Shown here: positions 9,342 through 18,619 of the stretch, one piece after another | Position numbering within the stretch: the first letter of the stretch is position 1 | How the letters are laid out: each line of letters starts with the position of its first letter | Source of the DNA: Sphingomonadaceae bacterium | Lineage (GTDB): Bacteria; Chloroflexota; UBA6077 | DNA: 64,000 nucleotides | Assembly: GCA_050261575.1 (NCBI GenBank) | Contig: JBLNDL010000096.1 | Location: 1-64,000, forward strand | Reading direction: 5' to 3' | The notes under the pieces: generated by a model | Seen by the model: only the letters and a program-made list of their open reading frames with translations | What the model was told of the DNA's origin: nothing | Database searches by the model: none | Program-made: the position numbers and the translations under genes

Positions 9342-9638
9342 TCAATTGGAGTCGACGTTCGGGGTCTCCAGATCCTCGACGCCAGCCGGTTGGTGATGGA
9401 GGATGGCGCGAGCCCTCTCCCCGGCTCCCAGGTCCAGGCAGTCGCAGAAGGTGGAGTAGACGGCCTTGTCCAGGAGCCGGAGGTCCGGGTCGCCAGCCTC
9501 CAGGAGCGGACCCCGCTCGTTGCGGATGGCCACCATGCGCAGCAGACGCTCCAGGAAGAAGCGCTGCAGGTGTTGGGCGGAGCGGTCCTCGTGGCCGCTG
9601 CGGCTGCTATTGTCGCGGGAGGTGGTGTTAGGTTGCAT
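9342..9638 (-). CDS. Small hypothetical protein (AVYSTFCDC motif)
   Basis: 98 aa ORF with GGAG RBS directly downstream of a strong promoter and upstream of porC on the same strand. Confidence 0.65.
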   Translation of the reverse strand: MQPNTTSRDNSSRSGHEDRSAQHLQRFFLERLLRMVAIRNERGPLLEAGDPDLRLLDKAVYSTFCDCLDLGAGERARAILHHQPAGVEDLETPNVDSN

Positions 9639-9678
9639 CGTGCTCTCCAGGCGGCCGGTGCCGTCAAATCACGCACGA

Positions 9679-9707
9679 ATGCTACCACCGGGCGGAAGTT
9701 TTGTCAA
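9679..9707 (-). promoter_or_regulatory. sigma70 promoter for the hypothetical gene and por operon
   Basis: TTGACA-17 nt-TAGCAT with extended TG; AT-rich sequence upstream. Confidence 0.7.
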
Positions 9708-9774
9708 TTATAGTTGTAGGTAGTAGAATAATCTAGCAAAACGCGGCGTCCGGATCCGGGCGCCGCGCCCCACC

Positions 9775-11655
9775 CTATTGGGCCAGTCCGGGAACCGCCC
9801 CGGCCGCCCAGCTAAGGTTCAACTCCGCCAGCTTGGCTGGCGTCGGCACCCCGTCCGCCGTCCAGCCCAGCATCCCGTACAGCGTCACCAGTGCCTCCCG
9901 GTGGAGCCGCTCGTCCATGCCGTGGCCCGCGAGCGGGCCGCGCTCGAAGGGCTGGAAGAGCCGCTGGGGCAGGCTGTCGTCCGCGGCCGTGAACCCTTCC
10001 CGCAGGTTGAACAGCCGTTGCAGGGTGATGCTCCGTTCGCCCACCTTGTGGATTTCCAGGAAGGTGCTGTTCCACCCCGTGATGGCGTTCACCATCTCGG
10101 TGACCTGTGCGGGGGTCCAGGGCACCAGTATGCAGGTTACCAGCGAGTTGGTGAGGTAGCGCCAGATGCCGTCGTAGTAGAAGACGCGCATCTTCCTCTC
10201 GCTGATATCGTGCACCGGCAGCGGGCTCAGGATGCCCATCGACTTCACTCTCTCTAGGGGCGCGCCCGGGCCGGCGTACATCGGGTCGTGGATGTTGTGC
10301 ACGTGGTCGGCCCCCGTGGCGGACAGGGCATAGCCCACCCCGAGCCCTGCCTTCAGACGAGGCTCGTGCATCGGCAGCTCCTGCCCCTTGACGTGCATGG
10401 CGAATCGCTCTGCGCCACGGCCGATCTTCGCGGCCGCGCGCTTGACACCCTCTGCGAGCAGGTCGCCCAGGCCTCGCCGCTGCGCGATCATCTCGACCAT
10501 CCGCACCATGGCCTCGGCGTTGCCAAAGGTGAGGCGCAGTCCGTCGGTGTCCCTCTCCGTCAGCAATCCGTTCTCGAAGCACTCCATGGCGAAGGCTATG
10601 GACGCGCCGGTGGAGATCGTGTCGATCCCGTAGGCGTTGCAGATCTCGCTCGCCTTGGCCACGGCTCCCAGATCGTCGATGCCGCAACAGGACCCCACGG
10701 CGCCTATCGTCTCGTATTCGGGGCCGCCGTACAGCGAGTCCACGTTCCACGGCTCGCCCACCTTCACCTCTCGCTTGCACCGTATGGGGCAGGCGTAGCA
10801 GCTCCCGCGGCCGACCAGGATGGAGTCCTTCATCGCCTCGCCGCTCAGCCGCTCTGCCCCCTCAAAGGAGCCCTCCCTGAAGTTGCGCGTGGGCAGGCCG
10901 CCCGCCGCATCCAGCCCCATCACGATGTTGGCGGTGCCCAGATCGTGGAGTGCGTACGAGTAGTTCTTCCAGTTCTGGGACATCCACCTGCCGAGTTCCT
11001 GCACTCTCTCCGGCGACGCGTACTTCGGGCCGCCGTGGCCGCGCACCGCTATGGCCTTCAATCGCTTGGAGCCCATCACCGCGCCCATGCCGGTCCGCCC
11101 CGCCGCGTGGGTGAGGTCGTTCAGGATGGACGCGTACAGCACCAGCCGCTCGCCGCCGGGGCCGATGGTGGCGAAGCGCAGGTGGCGGTCTCCCACTTCC
11201 TGCCGAATGGCGGCCTCGGCCTGCGCCGTGGTCTTGCCCCAGAGGTCGGCGGCGTCTCGTATCTCCGCCTTGCCGTCCACGACGAGCAGATAGACCGGTG
11301 TCTCGGATCGGCCCTCTACGATGATGGCATCGAAGCCGGCGTGCTTCAGCTCCGCCCCGAAGAAGCCGCCCGCCTGCGAGTCTCCAAACCCGCCCGTCAA
11401 GGGGGACTTGGCGCCGACCCCGTTGCGGCCGCTGCCCGCCACGGGAGCGCCCGTGATGGGACCGGTGGCGAAGATGAGCTTGTTCTCCGGGCCCAGGGGG
11501 TCCACCCCCGGCCTCACCTCGTTCAGGAGGTAACAGGCTATGAGGTTCGTTCCGCCGAAGTGGGTCCGGTAGAAATCCTCGCCCGGCTCCTCTATGGTGA
11601 TGGCCCGTGTGGTCAGATCGACTCTAAGTATCTTGCCGTTGAATCCGTAGTCCAT
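9775..11655 (-). CDS. aor: Tungsten-dependent aldehyde:ferredoxin oxidoreductase family protein
   Basis: AKSPLTGG, GRTGMGAVMGSKRLKAI, CYACPIRC, GPEYET, GIDTIS and VKGQELPMHEPR motifs. Confidence 0.93.
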   Translation of the reverse strand: MDYGFNGKILRVDLTTRAITIEEPGEDFYRTHFGGTNLIACYLLNEVRPGVDPLGPENKLIFATGPITGAPVAGSGRNGVGAKSPLTGGFGDSQAGGFFGAELKHAGFDAIIVEGRSETPVYLLVVDGKAEIRDAADLWGKTTAQAEAAIRQEVGDRHLRFATIGPGGERLVLYASILNDLTHAAGRTGMGAVMGSKRLKAIAVRGHGGPKYASPERVQELGRWMSQNWKNYSYALHDLGTANIVMGLDAAGGLPTRNFREGSFEGAERLSGEAMKDSILVGRGSCYACPIRCKREVKVGEPWNVDSLYGGPEYETIGAVGSCCGIDDLGAVAKASEICNAYGIDTISTGASIAFAMECFENGLLTERDTDGLRLTFGNAEAMVRMVEMIAQRRGLGDLLAEGVKRAAAKIGRGAERFAMHVKGQELPMHEPRLKAGLGVGYALSATGADHVHNIHDPMYAGPGAPLERVKSMGILSPLPVHDISERKMRVFYYDGIWRYLTNSLVTCILVPWTPAQVTEMVNAITGWNSTFLEIHKVGERSITLQRLFNLREGFTAADDSLPQRLFQPFERGPLAGHGMDERLHREALVTLYGMLGWTADGVPTPAKLAELNLSWAAGAVPGLAQ

Positions 11656-11761
11656 CTCGCATCACTTTCCTGCCCGTGTCCTCCGTTTCCACCGGGCCGC
11701 GCCGGCTTTTGCAGGAGCGCGTGCCCTCCGGAGCGGGCGCTGCCCGGCGGAGCGGTCGTGG

Positions 11762-12853
11762 CTATGGGAGTATCACGGCCTTCATCGCCTGTCGTCGATC
11801 GACGGTCTCCAGGGCCTTCGTGGCTTCGTCTAGCGAGAACCTGTGGGTCACCAGCGCGGCGAACCCCTGCGGATCCTGCTTGACCAGACTGATCGATCGC
11901 CGCAGGTGCCTGGTGTCGCTCACCCAGACGCCCTGGAGCTGCAGGTTCTTCCGGGCCAGATCGCGGAACACCTCAAAGGGCACCATCCCCCGCGGCTCGG
12001 CGATGCCGGCCACCGCGTAGGCGCCGCCGATTCGGATCAGCGACGGTCCCTCCTTGAAAGCATCCACGCTGCCCGAGGCCTCGACCGCCAGATCGACGCC
12101 GCGGCCGTTGGTGAGTTCCATGATAAGGGTTTTCCGCTCCTCAAGGGAAGTGGCATTGCGGTCGATGAGGGTGGTCGCCCCCAGGGTCTTGCAGAGCGCC
12201 AGGCGGCTCTCGGTGCCACCGATGACGATGATCTCCTGTGCCCCCCCTGCCCGGGCAAAAGCCACAGCAAAGGCCCCCAGCGGCCCAACGCCCTGCACCA
12301 GGACGGTGTCGCCAGGATGGCAGGGGCAGAGGTCGAAGGCGTGCGCGGTGGTGGCGCCGGAGCAGGAGGCGGCCACCAGGACCTCCGGGGCCACATCGTT
12401 GGGCGCGAGCAGGATGTCGGTGTCGGGGTGGAGCAGCAGGTGGTCGGCGTAGCAGCCGTTCAGGTGAGCGCCCGCGTCGAAGGAGCGGTGGATGCCGTAG
12501 GCCCATCGGTTGGGACAGAGGGCGGGGGTGCGGGCCACGGTGCACCAGTAGCAGTGGCCGCAGACTACTCCGCGGTTCCAGATGACCACATCGCCTGGTT
12601 TGAGGGGCTCTCCATCCACGGTGGACCTGGGACCGGCGACCTCGACCACCTGTCCGACACCCTCGTGGCCGAGGGTGATCGGCAGGGGGGTGCGTGGGTC
12701 CTGCCCGTGCCACATGTGCACGTCCGACCCGCAGACCCCGGCGGCGAGGATGCGAACGAGCACCTCGCCGGGGCGTAGGGTGGGGATAGGGATTTCCTTC
12801 ATGGCTAGTGGTTCGTTGAAAGCCGTGACGACGGCGGCCTTGGCGGCGGTCAT
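11762..12853 (-). CDS. Zinc-binding alcohol dehydrogenase (MDR family)
   Basis: GVCGSD, LGHEGVG, CGHCYWC..C structural Zn site and GVGPLG; GGAGG 6 nt before ATG 12853. Confidence 0.9.
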   Translation of the reverse strand: MTAAKAAVVTAFNEPLAMKEIPIPTLRPGEVLVRILAAGVCGSDVHMWHGQDPRTPLPITLGHEGVGQVVEVAGPRSTVDGEPLKPGDVVIWNRGVVCGHCYWCTVARTPALCPNRWAYGIHRSFDAGAHLNGCYADHLLLHPDTDILLAPNDVAPEVLVAASCSGATTAHAFDLCPCHPGDTVLVQGVGPLGAFAVAFARAGGAQEIIVIGGTESRLALCKTLGATTLIDRNATSLEERKTLIMELTNGRGVDLAVEASGSVDAFKEGPSLIRIGGAYAVAGIAEPRGMVPFEVFRDLARKNLQLQGVWVSDTRHLRRSISLVKQDPQGFAALVTHRFSLDEATKALETVDRRQAMKAVILP

Positions 12854-12954
12854 GTGCATCCTCCATCGTTGGTGGTTCGGAGAGTGGATCGAGCGAGTTG
12901 GGGTGTGGCGGGTGTGCCGTACCCCCGGCAGGTGCATGATAACGGTAGTGGGTG

Positions 12955-12976
12955 TATAATGGCAACCGGTTTCCAT
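12955..12976 (+). promoter_or_regulatory. -10 box (TATAAT) directly followed by LacI-type operator 1
   Basis: ATGGCAACCGGTTTCCAT at 12959-12976, a near-perfect palindrome with central CG, upstream of the acyl-CoA dehydrogenase operon. Confidence 0.8.
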
Positions 12977-13069
12977 CCCACGGATCTCGCCGCGGGAGAC
13001 ACGACGGGGTGCTCTCCCCGCCAGTGACTTACCATAACGTACCTCGAACATCAAGGAGGATCGGCTGCC

Positions 13070-14224
13070 ATGGACTTCCACCCCACCGAAGTAGAACTGA
13101 TGATCCGCGAGACCGCTCGACAGTTCGCCATCGAGCACGTGGAGCCGAGGGCCAAGGAGATCGACGAGAAGGATGAGTTCTTCCACGATCTCATCGAAAT
13201 CGCTGGTGACCTGGGCCTGCTGGGAATGGAACTGCCGGAGTCCGAGGGCGGCGCCGCCTGCGGCACGCTCGCGGCGGTGATGAGCGGCGAGGAGATCGGC
13301 AGAGTGAGCGCGGCCGTCTGCAACGTCATCGGCGCCATCCGGCTGCACGTGAACCTTCTCAGCAAGTTTGGCACCCCCGCCCAAAAGGAGAAGTGGTTGG
13401 AGGTTCTCTGCAGCGGTCGCAAGATCGGCGGCTTCGCCATAACGGAGCCGGGTGCCGGATCCGACGTCGCCAGCCTCAAGACCGTCGCCGTGCGAAAGGG
13501 CGACAAGTGGGTGATCAACGGCCAGAAGATCTTCATCACCCTCGCCCCCGTCTCCGACATGATGATCGTCCTCACCTCCACCGATCCCTCCAAGGGCAGT
13601 CGCGGCCAGACCTGCTTCATCGTCGAGAAGGACGCACCTGGCCTGAAGGTGGGTCCCAAGGAGCCCATGATGGGCCAGCACGGGGTGCCGGTCAGCCAGG
13701 TCTTCTTCGATGACTGCGAGGTGCCCGCCGAGAACATGTTCGGCCAGGAGGGCCAGGGCTTCAAGATCATGATGGCGGGGTTGGACGGCACCCGACTGGA
13801 CATCGCCGCCCTCTCGCTCGGTCTGTCTCAGGCGGCCTTCGAGATGGCCGCCGCCTACGCTGCAACCAGGGAGCAGTTCGGCCAGCCCATAGGCAACTTC
13901 CAGGGTGTCGGCTTCATGCTGGCCGAGATGGCCACCGAGATAGACGCCGGCAGGCTGCTGCTCTATCGTGCGGCGCGGATGCGGGACGAGGGTGTACCGT
14001 TCACCAAGGAAGCGTCTATGGCCAAGTACTATTGCGCCGACAACGCCATGAAGCACACCACCAACGCGGTCCAGATCTTCGGCGGCTACGGCTACAGCAA
14101 GGAGTATCCACTAGAGAGGTTCATGCGGGACACCAAGGTCTGCCAGATCTACGACGGTACCTCGCAGATCCACCGGATGATCATCGCCCGACAGATCCTC
14201 AAGGAGTACAAGGAGCGGGCGTAG
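13070..14224 (+). CDS. Acyl-CoA dehydrogenase family protein
   Basis: FAITEPGAGSD, INGQKIFIT, REQFGQPI, QIFGGYGY and QIYDGTSQI; AAGGAGG RBS. Confidence 0.95.
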   Translation: MDFHPTEVELMIRETARQFAIEHVEPRAKEIDEKDEFFHDLIEIAGDLGLLGMELPESEGGAACGTLAAVMSGEEIGRVSAAVCNVIGAIRLHVNLLSKFGTPAQKEKWLEVLCSGRKIGGFAITEPGAGSDVASLKTVAVRKGDKWVINGQKIFITLAPVSDMMIVLTSTDPSKGSRGQTCFIVEKDAPGLKVGPKEPMMGQHGVPVSQVFFDDCEVPAENMFGQEGQGFKIMMAGLDGTRLDIAALSLGLSQAAFEMAAAYAATREQFGQPIGNFQGVGFMLAEMATEIDAGRLLLYRAARMRDEGVPFTKEASMAKYYCADNAMKHTTNAVQIFGGYGYSKEYPLERFMRDTKVCQIYDGTSQIHRMIIARQILKEYKERA

Positions 14225-14275
14225 CGCGTCAACGAAAGAGACTGAAGGTACTCGCTAGGGGAGGCGGATCTCAAC

Positions 14276-15850
14276 ATGGCAAAGGTCATCGATTACGCCG
14301 AGGCGGCTGCCCTGATTCCCGATGGGGCCACCGTCTGGGTTGGTGGATCGGGCGGTGGACACACCGTCCCCGAAAAACTGCTCAAGGGGCTGGAGGAGCG
14401 CTTCCTATCCACAGGCAGCCCCACTGGTCTCAACATCATCAGCGCCATTGGCATTGGCGACTTCAAAGAGACCGGGCTGGGTCTGCTGGCTCACCCCGGT
14501 CTCGTCAACCGGTGCGTCACCGGCACCTTCAGCAACTCGCCCAAGCTGGGGAAGCTGGCGGTGCAGGGCGAGATCGAAGCCTACACCTTCCCCATGGGCG
14601 TTCTGTCTCAGTTGTCGCGAGAGATGGCTGCCGGCCGTCCAGGACTGATCACCCACGTGGGGCTGCACAGCTTCGTGGATCCCCGGCTGGAGGGCGGGCG
14701 CCAGGGCCCCCGACGGGGCCCGGACCTGGTCGAGGTGGTGCAGTTGGCCGGTCGCGAGTGGCTCTTCTTCAAGTCCCACGACCTGGACGTGGCGCTCATT
14801 CGGGCCACCACCGCCGACGAGAAGGGCAACCTCACGATGGAGAAGGAGCCCGTCTACGCAGAGAACATCTCCGTGGCGCAGGCAGCGCATCGCAGGGGTG
14901 GGATTGTGATCGCCCAGGTGGAGAGGCTGGCCGCGGCCGGCACCCTTCCTGGCAAGCAGGTGAAGGTACCCGGGATTCTGGTCGATTACGTGGTCGTCGA
15001 CCCGGACCCGTGGCAGACCTACGTAACGAAGTACGATCCGGCCTATGCGGGGGAGGTGCGCAGGCCGAATGCGGAGATCCCCGTCTTGCCACTGGACGTG
15101 CGGAAGGTGGTGGCCAGGCGGGCTGCCATGGAGCTCCGACCGGGGGCGGTGGTCAACCTGGGCTTCGGCATAGCCAATGGGATCGCCTTCGTAGCCGCCG
15201 AGGAAGGGATCTACCAGGACGTGACCCTCACCGTCGAGCAGGGACTCATCGGCGGTGTGCCCGCCCTGGGCAACGATGCCGGCGCGGCGGTGAACTTCGA
15301 AGCCATGATCGACACCCCCTACCAGTTCGACTTCTACGATGGCGGGGGGTTGGACCTCGCCTTCCTCTCCTTCGCCGAGGTCGATGCCCAAGGCAACGTG
15401 AACGTCAGCAAGTTCCGCGACAACATCACTGGACCCGGTGGGTTCACCAACATCGCGCAGAACGCGAAGCGGGTGTTCTTCCTGGGCACCTTGACGGCCG
15501 GAAAGCCGGAGCTGAAGCTGACTGAGCGTGGGCTCCAGGTCGTAAGGGAGGGGAGCGTCCGGAAGTTCGTGCCCGAGGTCCAGCAGGTGACGTGGTCGGG
15601 ACCATTCGCGCAGCAACAGGGCCAGCCAGCTAGGTTCATCACCGAGCGAGCGGTGTTCGATCTCACCTCCGACGGAATGGTACTCGTGGAGGTTGCCGAG
15701 GGTATCGATATCCGACGTGATGTGCTCGAGCAGGTGCCTTTCCCGATACTGGTCCCGAGAGAACCGGCGCTAATGGATCCCCGCATCTTCTCTCCTGAGC
15801 CCATGCGGCTCAGGGAGGATCCGATCTGGAAGGAGGGAGGCCGGCGGTGA
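14276..15850 (+). CDS. Family I acyl-CoA:acetate CoA-transferase (fused alpha/beta, YdiF/Pct type)
   Basis: THVGLHSFVDPR, VNLGFGI, catalytic VEQG, QFDFYDGGGLD and GNVNVSKF. Confidence 0.92.
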   Translation: MAKVIDYAEAAALIPDGATVWVGGSGGGHTVPEKLLKGLEERFLSTGSPTGLNIISAIGIGDFKETGLGLLAHPGLVNRCVTGTFSNSPKLGKLAVQGEIEAYTFPMGVLSQLSREMAAGRPGLITHVGLHSFVDPRLEGGRQGPRRGPDLVEVVQLAGREWLFFKSHDLDVALIRATTADEKGNLTMEKEPVYAENISVAQAAHRRGGIVIAQVERLAAAGTLPGKQVKVPGILVDYVVVDPDPWQTYVTKYDPAYAGEVRRPNAEIPVLPLDVRKVVARRAAMELRPGAVVNLGFGIANGIAFVAAEEGIYQDVTLTVEQGLIGGVPALGNDAGAAVNFEAMIDTPYQFDFYDGGGLDLAFLSFAEVDAQGNVNVSKFRDNITGPGGFTNIAQNAKRVFFLGTLTAGKPELKLTERGLQVVREGSVRKFVPEVQQVTWSGPFAQQQGQPARFITERAVFDLTSDGMVLVEVAEGIDIRRDVLEQVPFPILVPREPALMDPRIFSPEPMRLREDPIWKEGGRR

Positions 15851-16629
15851 GAGAGCGGGTGAACTGGACCCTGGAGGAGGGCGTTGCGACCCTGGTGCTG
15901 GACAACCCGCCAGTCAACGTGGTGACGCTTCAACTCACCCGTGAACTGGGCGAATGCCTGTCGGAGCTCGCCACGGATTCGGCGGTTCGGGTCGTCGTCG
16001 TGACTGGGGCGGGCAGCAAGGCGTTCTGCGCGGGATCCGACATCAAGGAGTTCCAGGACCTAATGGATCCGGCGGTGGTCATCGACAAGAAGATGGCCAA
16101 GGAGAATCTGGTCTACGATGCCCTCGATCGCTTCCCCAAGCCGACGATCGCGGCCATCAACGGGCTCGCGCTGGGTGGGGGAGCCGAGCTTGCTCTCTGC
16201 TGTGATCTCCGTGTCATGGACGAGAACAGCAAGATTGGCTTTCCGGAGTGCAAGCTGGGGGTCTTCCCTGGCAGCGGCGGTACCCAGCGATTGCCGCGGT
16301 TGGTAGGAGAGGCGCTTGCCAAGGAGTTGATGTATATCGGAGACCCGATCGGAGCCCAGCGGGCGTACGAGATCGGCCTGGTCAACCGGATCGCGCCGGC
16401 CGGACAGGCGCTCGCGGTGGCTCGCGAGCTGGCTGCCACCATGGCCCAGCGGTCTGGGGTTGCCCTGGAGTGCATCAAACAGGCGGTGGACTACGGGTTG
16501 ACTGCCGGCTTCGCCGAGGGGCAGGCACTAGCACTTCAGCTTACCGGCCGGGTGTTCGGCAGCGAGGACATCAAGGAGGGGGTGCGAGCTTTCCTGGAGA
16601 AGCGAGCGCCTCGATTCGAGCACAGGTAG
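15847..16629 (+). CDS. Enoyl-CoA hydratase/isomerase (crotonase family)
   Basis: FCAGSDI, GGGAEL and FPECKLG (both catalytic Glu present), GGTQRLPRLVG. Confidence 0.93.
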   Translation: MRERVNWTLEEGVATLVLDNPPVNVVTLQLTRELGECLSELATDSAVRVVVVTGAGSKAFCAGSDIKEFQDLMDPAVVIDKKMAKENLVYDALDRFPKPTIAAINGLALGGGAELALCCDLRVMDENSKIGFPECKLGVFPGSGGTQRLPRLVGEALAKELMYIGDPIGAQRAYEIGLVNRIAPAGQALAVARELAATMAQRSGVALECIKQAVDYGLTAGFAEGQALALQLTGRVFGSEDIKEGVRAFLEKRAPRFEHR

Positions 16630-16643
16630 GGGCGTGGCGAACC

Positions 16644-17390
16644 GTGGGTGAATGGCAAGACAGGGTAGTGCTGGTCACTGGCGGCAACTCGGGCATGGGG
16701 CTGGCGACGGCCAGGCTGTTCGCAGCCGAGGGCGCCAGGGTTGCGGCCGGAGATCTGGATCTCGGAACGGTGCGTTCTCTCCAATCCGAGCGGGTGACGG
16801 GGTTCGCCCTGGACGTCGGCGACGAGAGATCGGTGGCTGCCTGCGTCGAGCGCGTGGAAGCGGAGTTGGGTCCCATCGCCGTGTTGGTCAATTGCGCCGG
16901 CATCACGGTGCTGGCCGACGCTCCGCACACCAGCGTCGAGGATCTCGATCGTGTGCTGGGGGTTAACCTCAAGGGTGTCTTCCTGACCTGCAAGCACGTG
17001 ATCCCGTTGATGGCGAAACGGGGGGGCGGTGCCATCGTCAACGTGGCATCCCACGCCGGTCTCGTCGGCATGCGCCAGAGGGCCGCCTACTGCGCCTCCA
17101 AGGGGGGTGTGGTGGCGTTGACCAAGGCCCTAGCTTTGGACCACGTAGCGCAAGGGATCCGAGTGAACGCTGTCTGTCCTGGCACCACCGATACCCCTTG
17201 GATGGAGAGGGTGGCCCAGGCGGCTCCCGATCCGGAGGAGGCGAGGCGGCAGTTTGCCGCGCGGCAGCCTATGGGGCGCATGGGCCGTCCGGAGGAGATC
17301 GCCAACGCGATCGAGTTCCTGGCATCGAGCCGAGCCTCGTTCATCACCGGCACGACGTTGCTGGTGGACGGAGGCTGGACCGCGGAGTAG
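16644..17390 (+). CDS. SDR family NAD(P)-dependent oxidoreductase
   Basis: TGGNSGMG, YCASK, IRVNAVCPG and VDGG; GTG start at 16644. Confidence 0.92.
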   Translation: MGEWQDRVVLVTGGNSGMGLATARLFAAEGARVAAGDLDLGTVRSLQSERVTGFALDVGDERSVAACVERVEAELGPIAVLVNCAGITVLADAPHTSVEDLDRVLGVNLKGVFLTCKHVIPLMAKRGGGAIVNVASHAGLVGMRQRAAYCASKGGVVALTKALALDHVAQGIRVNAVCPGTTDTPWMERVAQAAPDPEEARRQFAARQPMGRMGRPEEIANAIEFLASSRASFITGTTLLVDGGWTAE

Positions 17391-17419
17391 CCAGCTCCAA
17401 CAGACGTCGCCGTGCAGAT

Positions 17420-17455
17420 AGAAGGCCCCGAGCCTCTAGAGGCTCGGGGCCTTCT
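17420..17455. terminator. Perfect 36-bp palindrome between convergent operons (probable bidirectional terminator)
   Basis: AGAAGGCCCCGAGCCTCT|AGAGGCTCGGGGCCTTCT. Confidence 0.75.
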
Positions 17456-17644
17456 TCGTAGCCTTCTTGCGGGTGATGCACGTTGGCGTCGCCAGCCCAT
17501 TTGGCGAGGGCGCGCCTACGTGTGCACACCCCGTCGCCTGCGCCCGGGCCGGGCGGGCAAGCCGACTCGCCCCTACAGCCGCCCGCGGGCTCTGATTGCG
17601 CTGCGTGGCATCGGGCATCGCCCGATGCTCGAGTGCGTCCTTGA

Positions 17645-18523
17645 TCAGTGTTGCCTCGCTCTGCGCAGGGCCTCGTCCATCACTTTGACGTCGGGGTCCA
17701 CTCCGGTCCAGAACTTGAAGGCATCCACCGCCTGGTACAGCAGCATCTCGTGGCCGCTCACCGCCTTCGAGCCTCCCCTCTCCGCCAGTTGGAGGAGGCG
17801 GGTCTTTGGAGGCATGTAGATCATGTCCGCCACGCCGCAGGTGGCAGGTATCTCCACCCCCTCGGGTAAGGGACACTGCTGGTCGTTCGGGTGCATGCCG
17901 ACGCTGGTGGTGTTGACCAGGAGGTCGGCGTCGCCGATCTCGGCGGCGATCCTCTCGCGTTCCAGCGGCAGAGCCCGCCAGCGGCCCTCCCCCCTGAAGG
18001 GGGCGAGCGATTCGAGCAACTCTTCGGAGCGGCGCGGAGTACGATTGAAGACGACCACCTCTCTGGACACCTGGCCGAGGGCGTAGAGCGCGGCCCTCGC
18101 GGCTCCACCCGCACCCAGCATCAGGGCCTTCATCCCCTTCTTGTACAGCCCGTTGATTTCGAGCATTCGACGGAAGCCTGTGGCGTCGGTGTTGGTCCCT
18201 ATCCACTTTCCGTCGCGGTTCGCCACCGTGTTCACCGCCCCGATGGCGCGAGCCTCCTCGGTGAGGCCGTCCAGCAGCGGGATGACGGTTTCCTTGTGGG
18301 GGGCAGTCAGCGTGATACCCGCGAAGTTCACCGCCCTCAGGCCGCGCACGGCTACCTCGATGTCCTCTGGACGAACCTCCAGCGCGAGGTAGCAGTAGTC
18401 TAGGCCCGCGGCGGCGAAGGCCGCATTGTGGATGACGGGGGAAAGGGAGTGGTGCACCGGGTAGCCGAGAATGGCGATAGCCTGAGTGGATCCCGTAATC
18501 CTATCCAAATCTTGGTGTCTCAA
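17645..18523 (-). CDS. aroE: Shikimate/quinate dehydrogenase (AroE/YdiB family)
   Basis: GYPVHHSLSP, TAPHKE, IGAVNT, GTNTD, GAGGAARA, NTTSVGM and MLLYQA. Confidence 0.9.
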   Translation of the reverse strand: MRHQDLDRITGSTQAIAILGYPVHHSLSPVIHNAAFAAAGLDYCYLALEVRPEDIEVAVRGLRAVNFAGITLTAPHKETVIPLLDGLTEEARAIGAVNTVANRDGKWIGTNTDATGFRRMLEINGLYKKGMKALMLGAGGAARAALYALGQVSREVVVFNRTPRRSEELLESLAPFRGEGRWRALPLERERIAAEIGDADLLVNTTSVGMHPNDQQCPLPEGVEIPATCGVADMIYMPPKTRLLQLAERGGSKAVSGHEMLLYQAVDAFKFWTGVDPDVKVMDEALRRARQH

Positions 18524-18619
18524 CGTCCTACCTCTGATGAACGGGCCAGGCAGGGTAACGTGCCTGCCTGGCCCGAGAACTGGTGTAGCGGCCGTATGAG
18601 GGAGGCGTGTCGCCCGCTC

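Noticed and set aside
12854..14056. 764-aa ORF suggesting a long N-terminal extension of the alcohol dehydrogenase
   Set aside because: The extension is antisense to the acyl-CoA dehydrogenase and crosses the promoter/operator. A good RBS marks ATG 12853.
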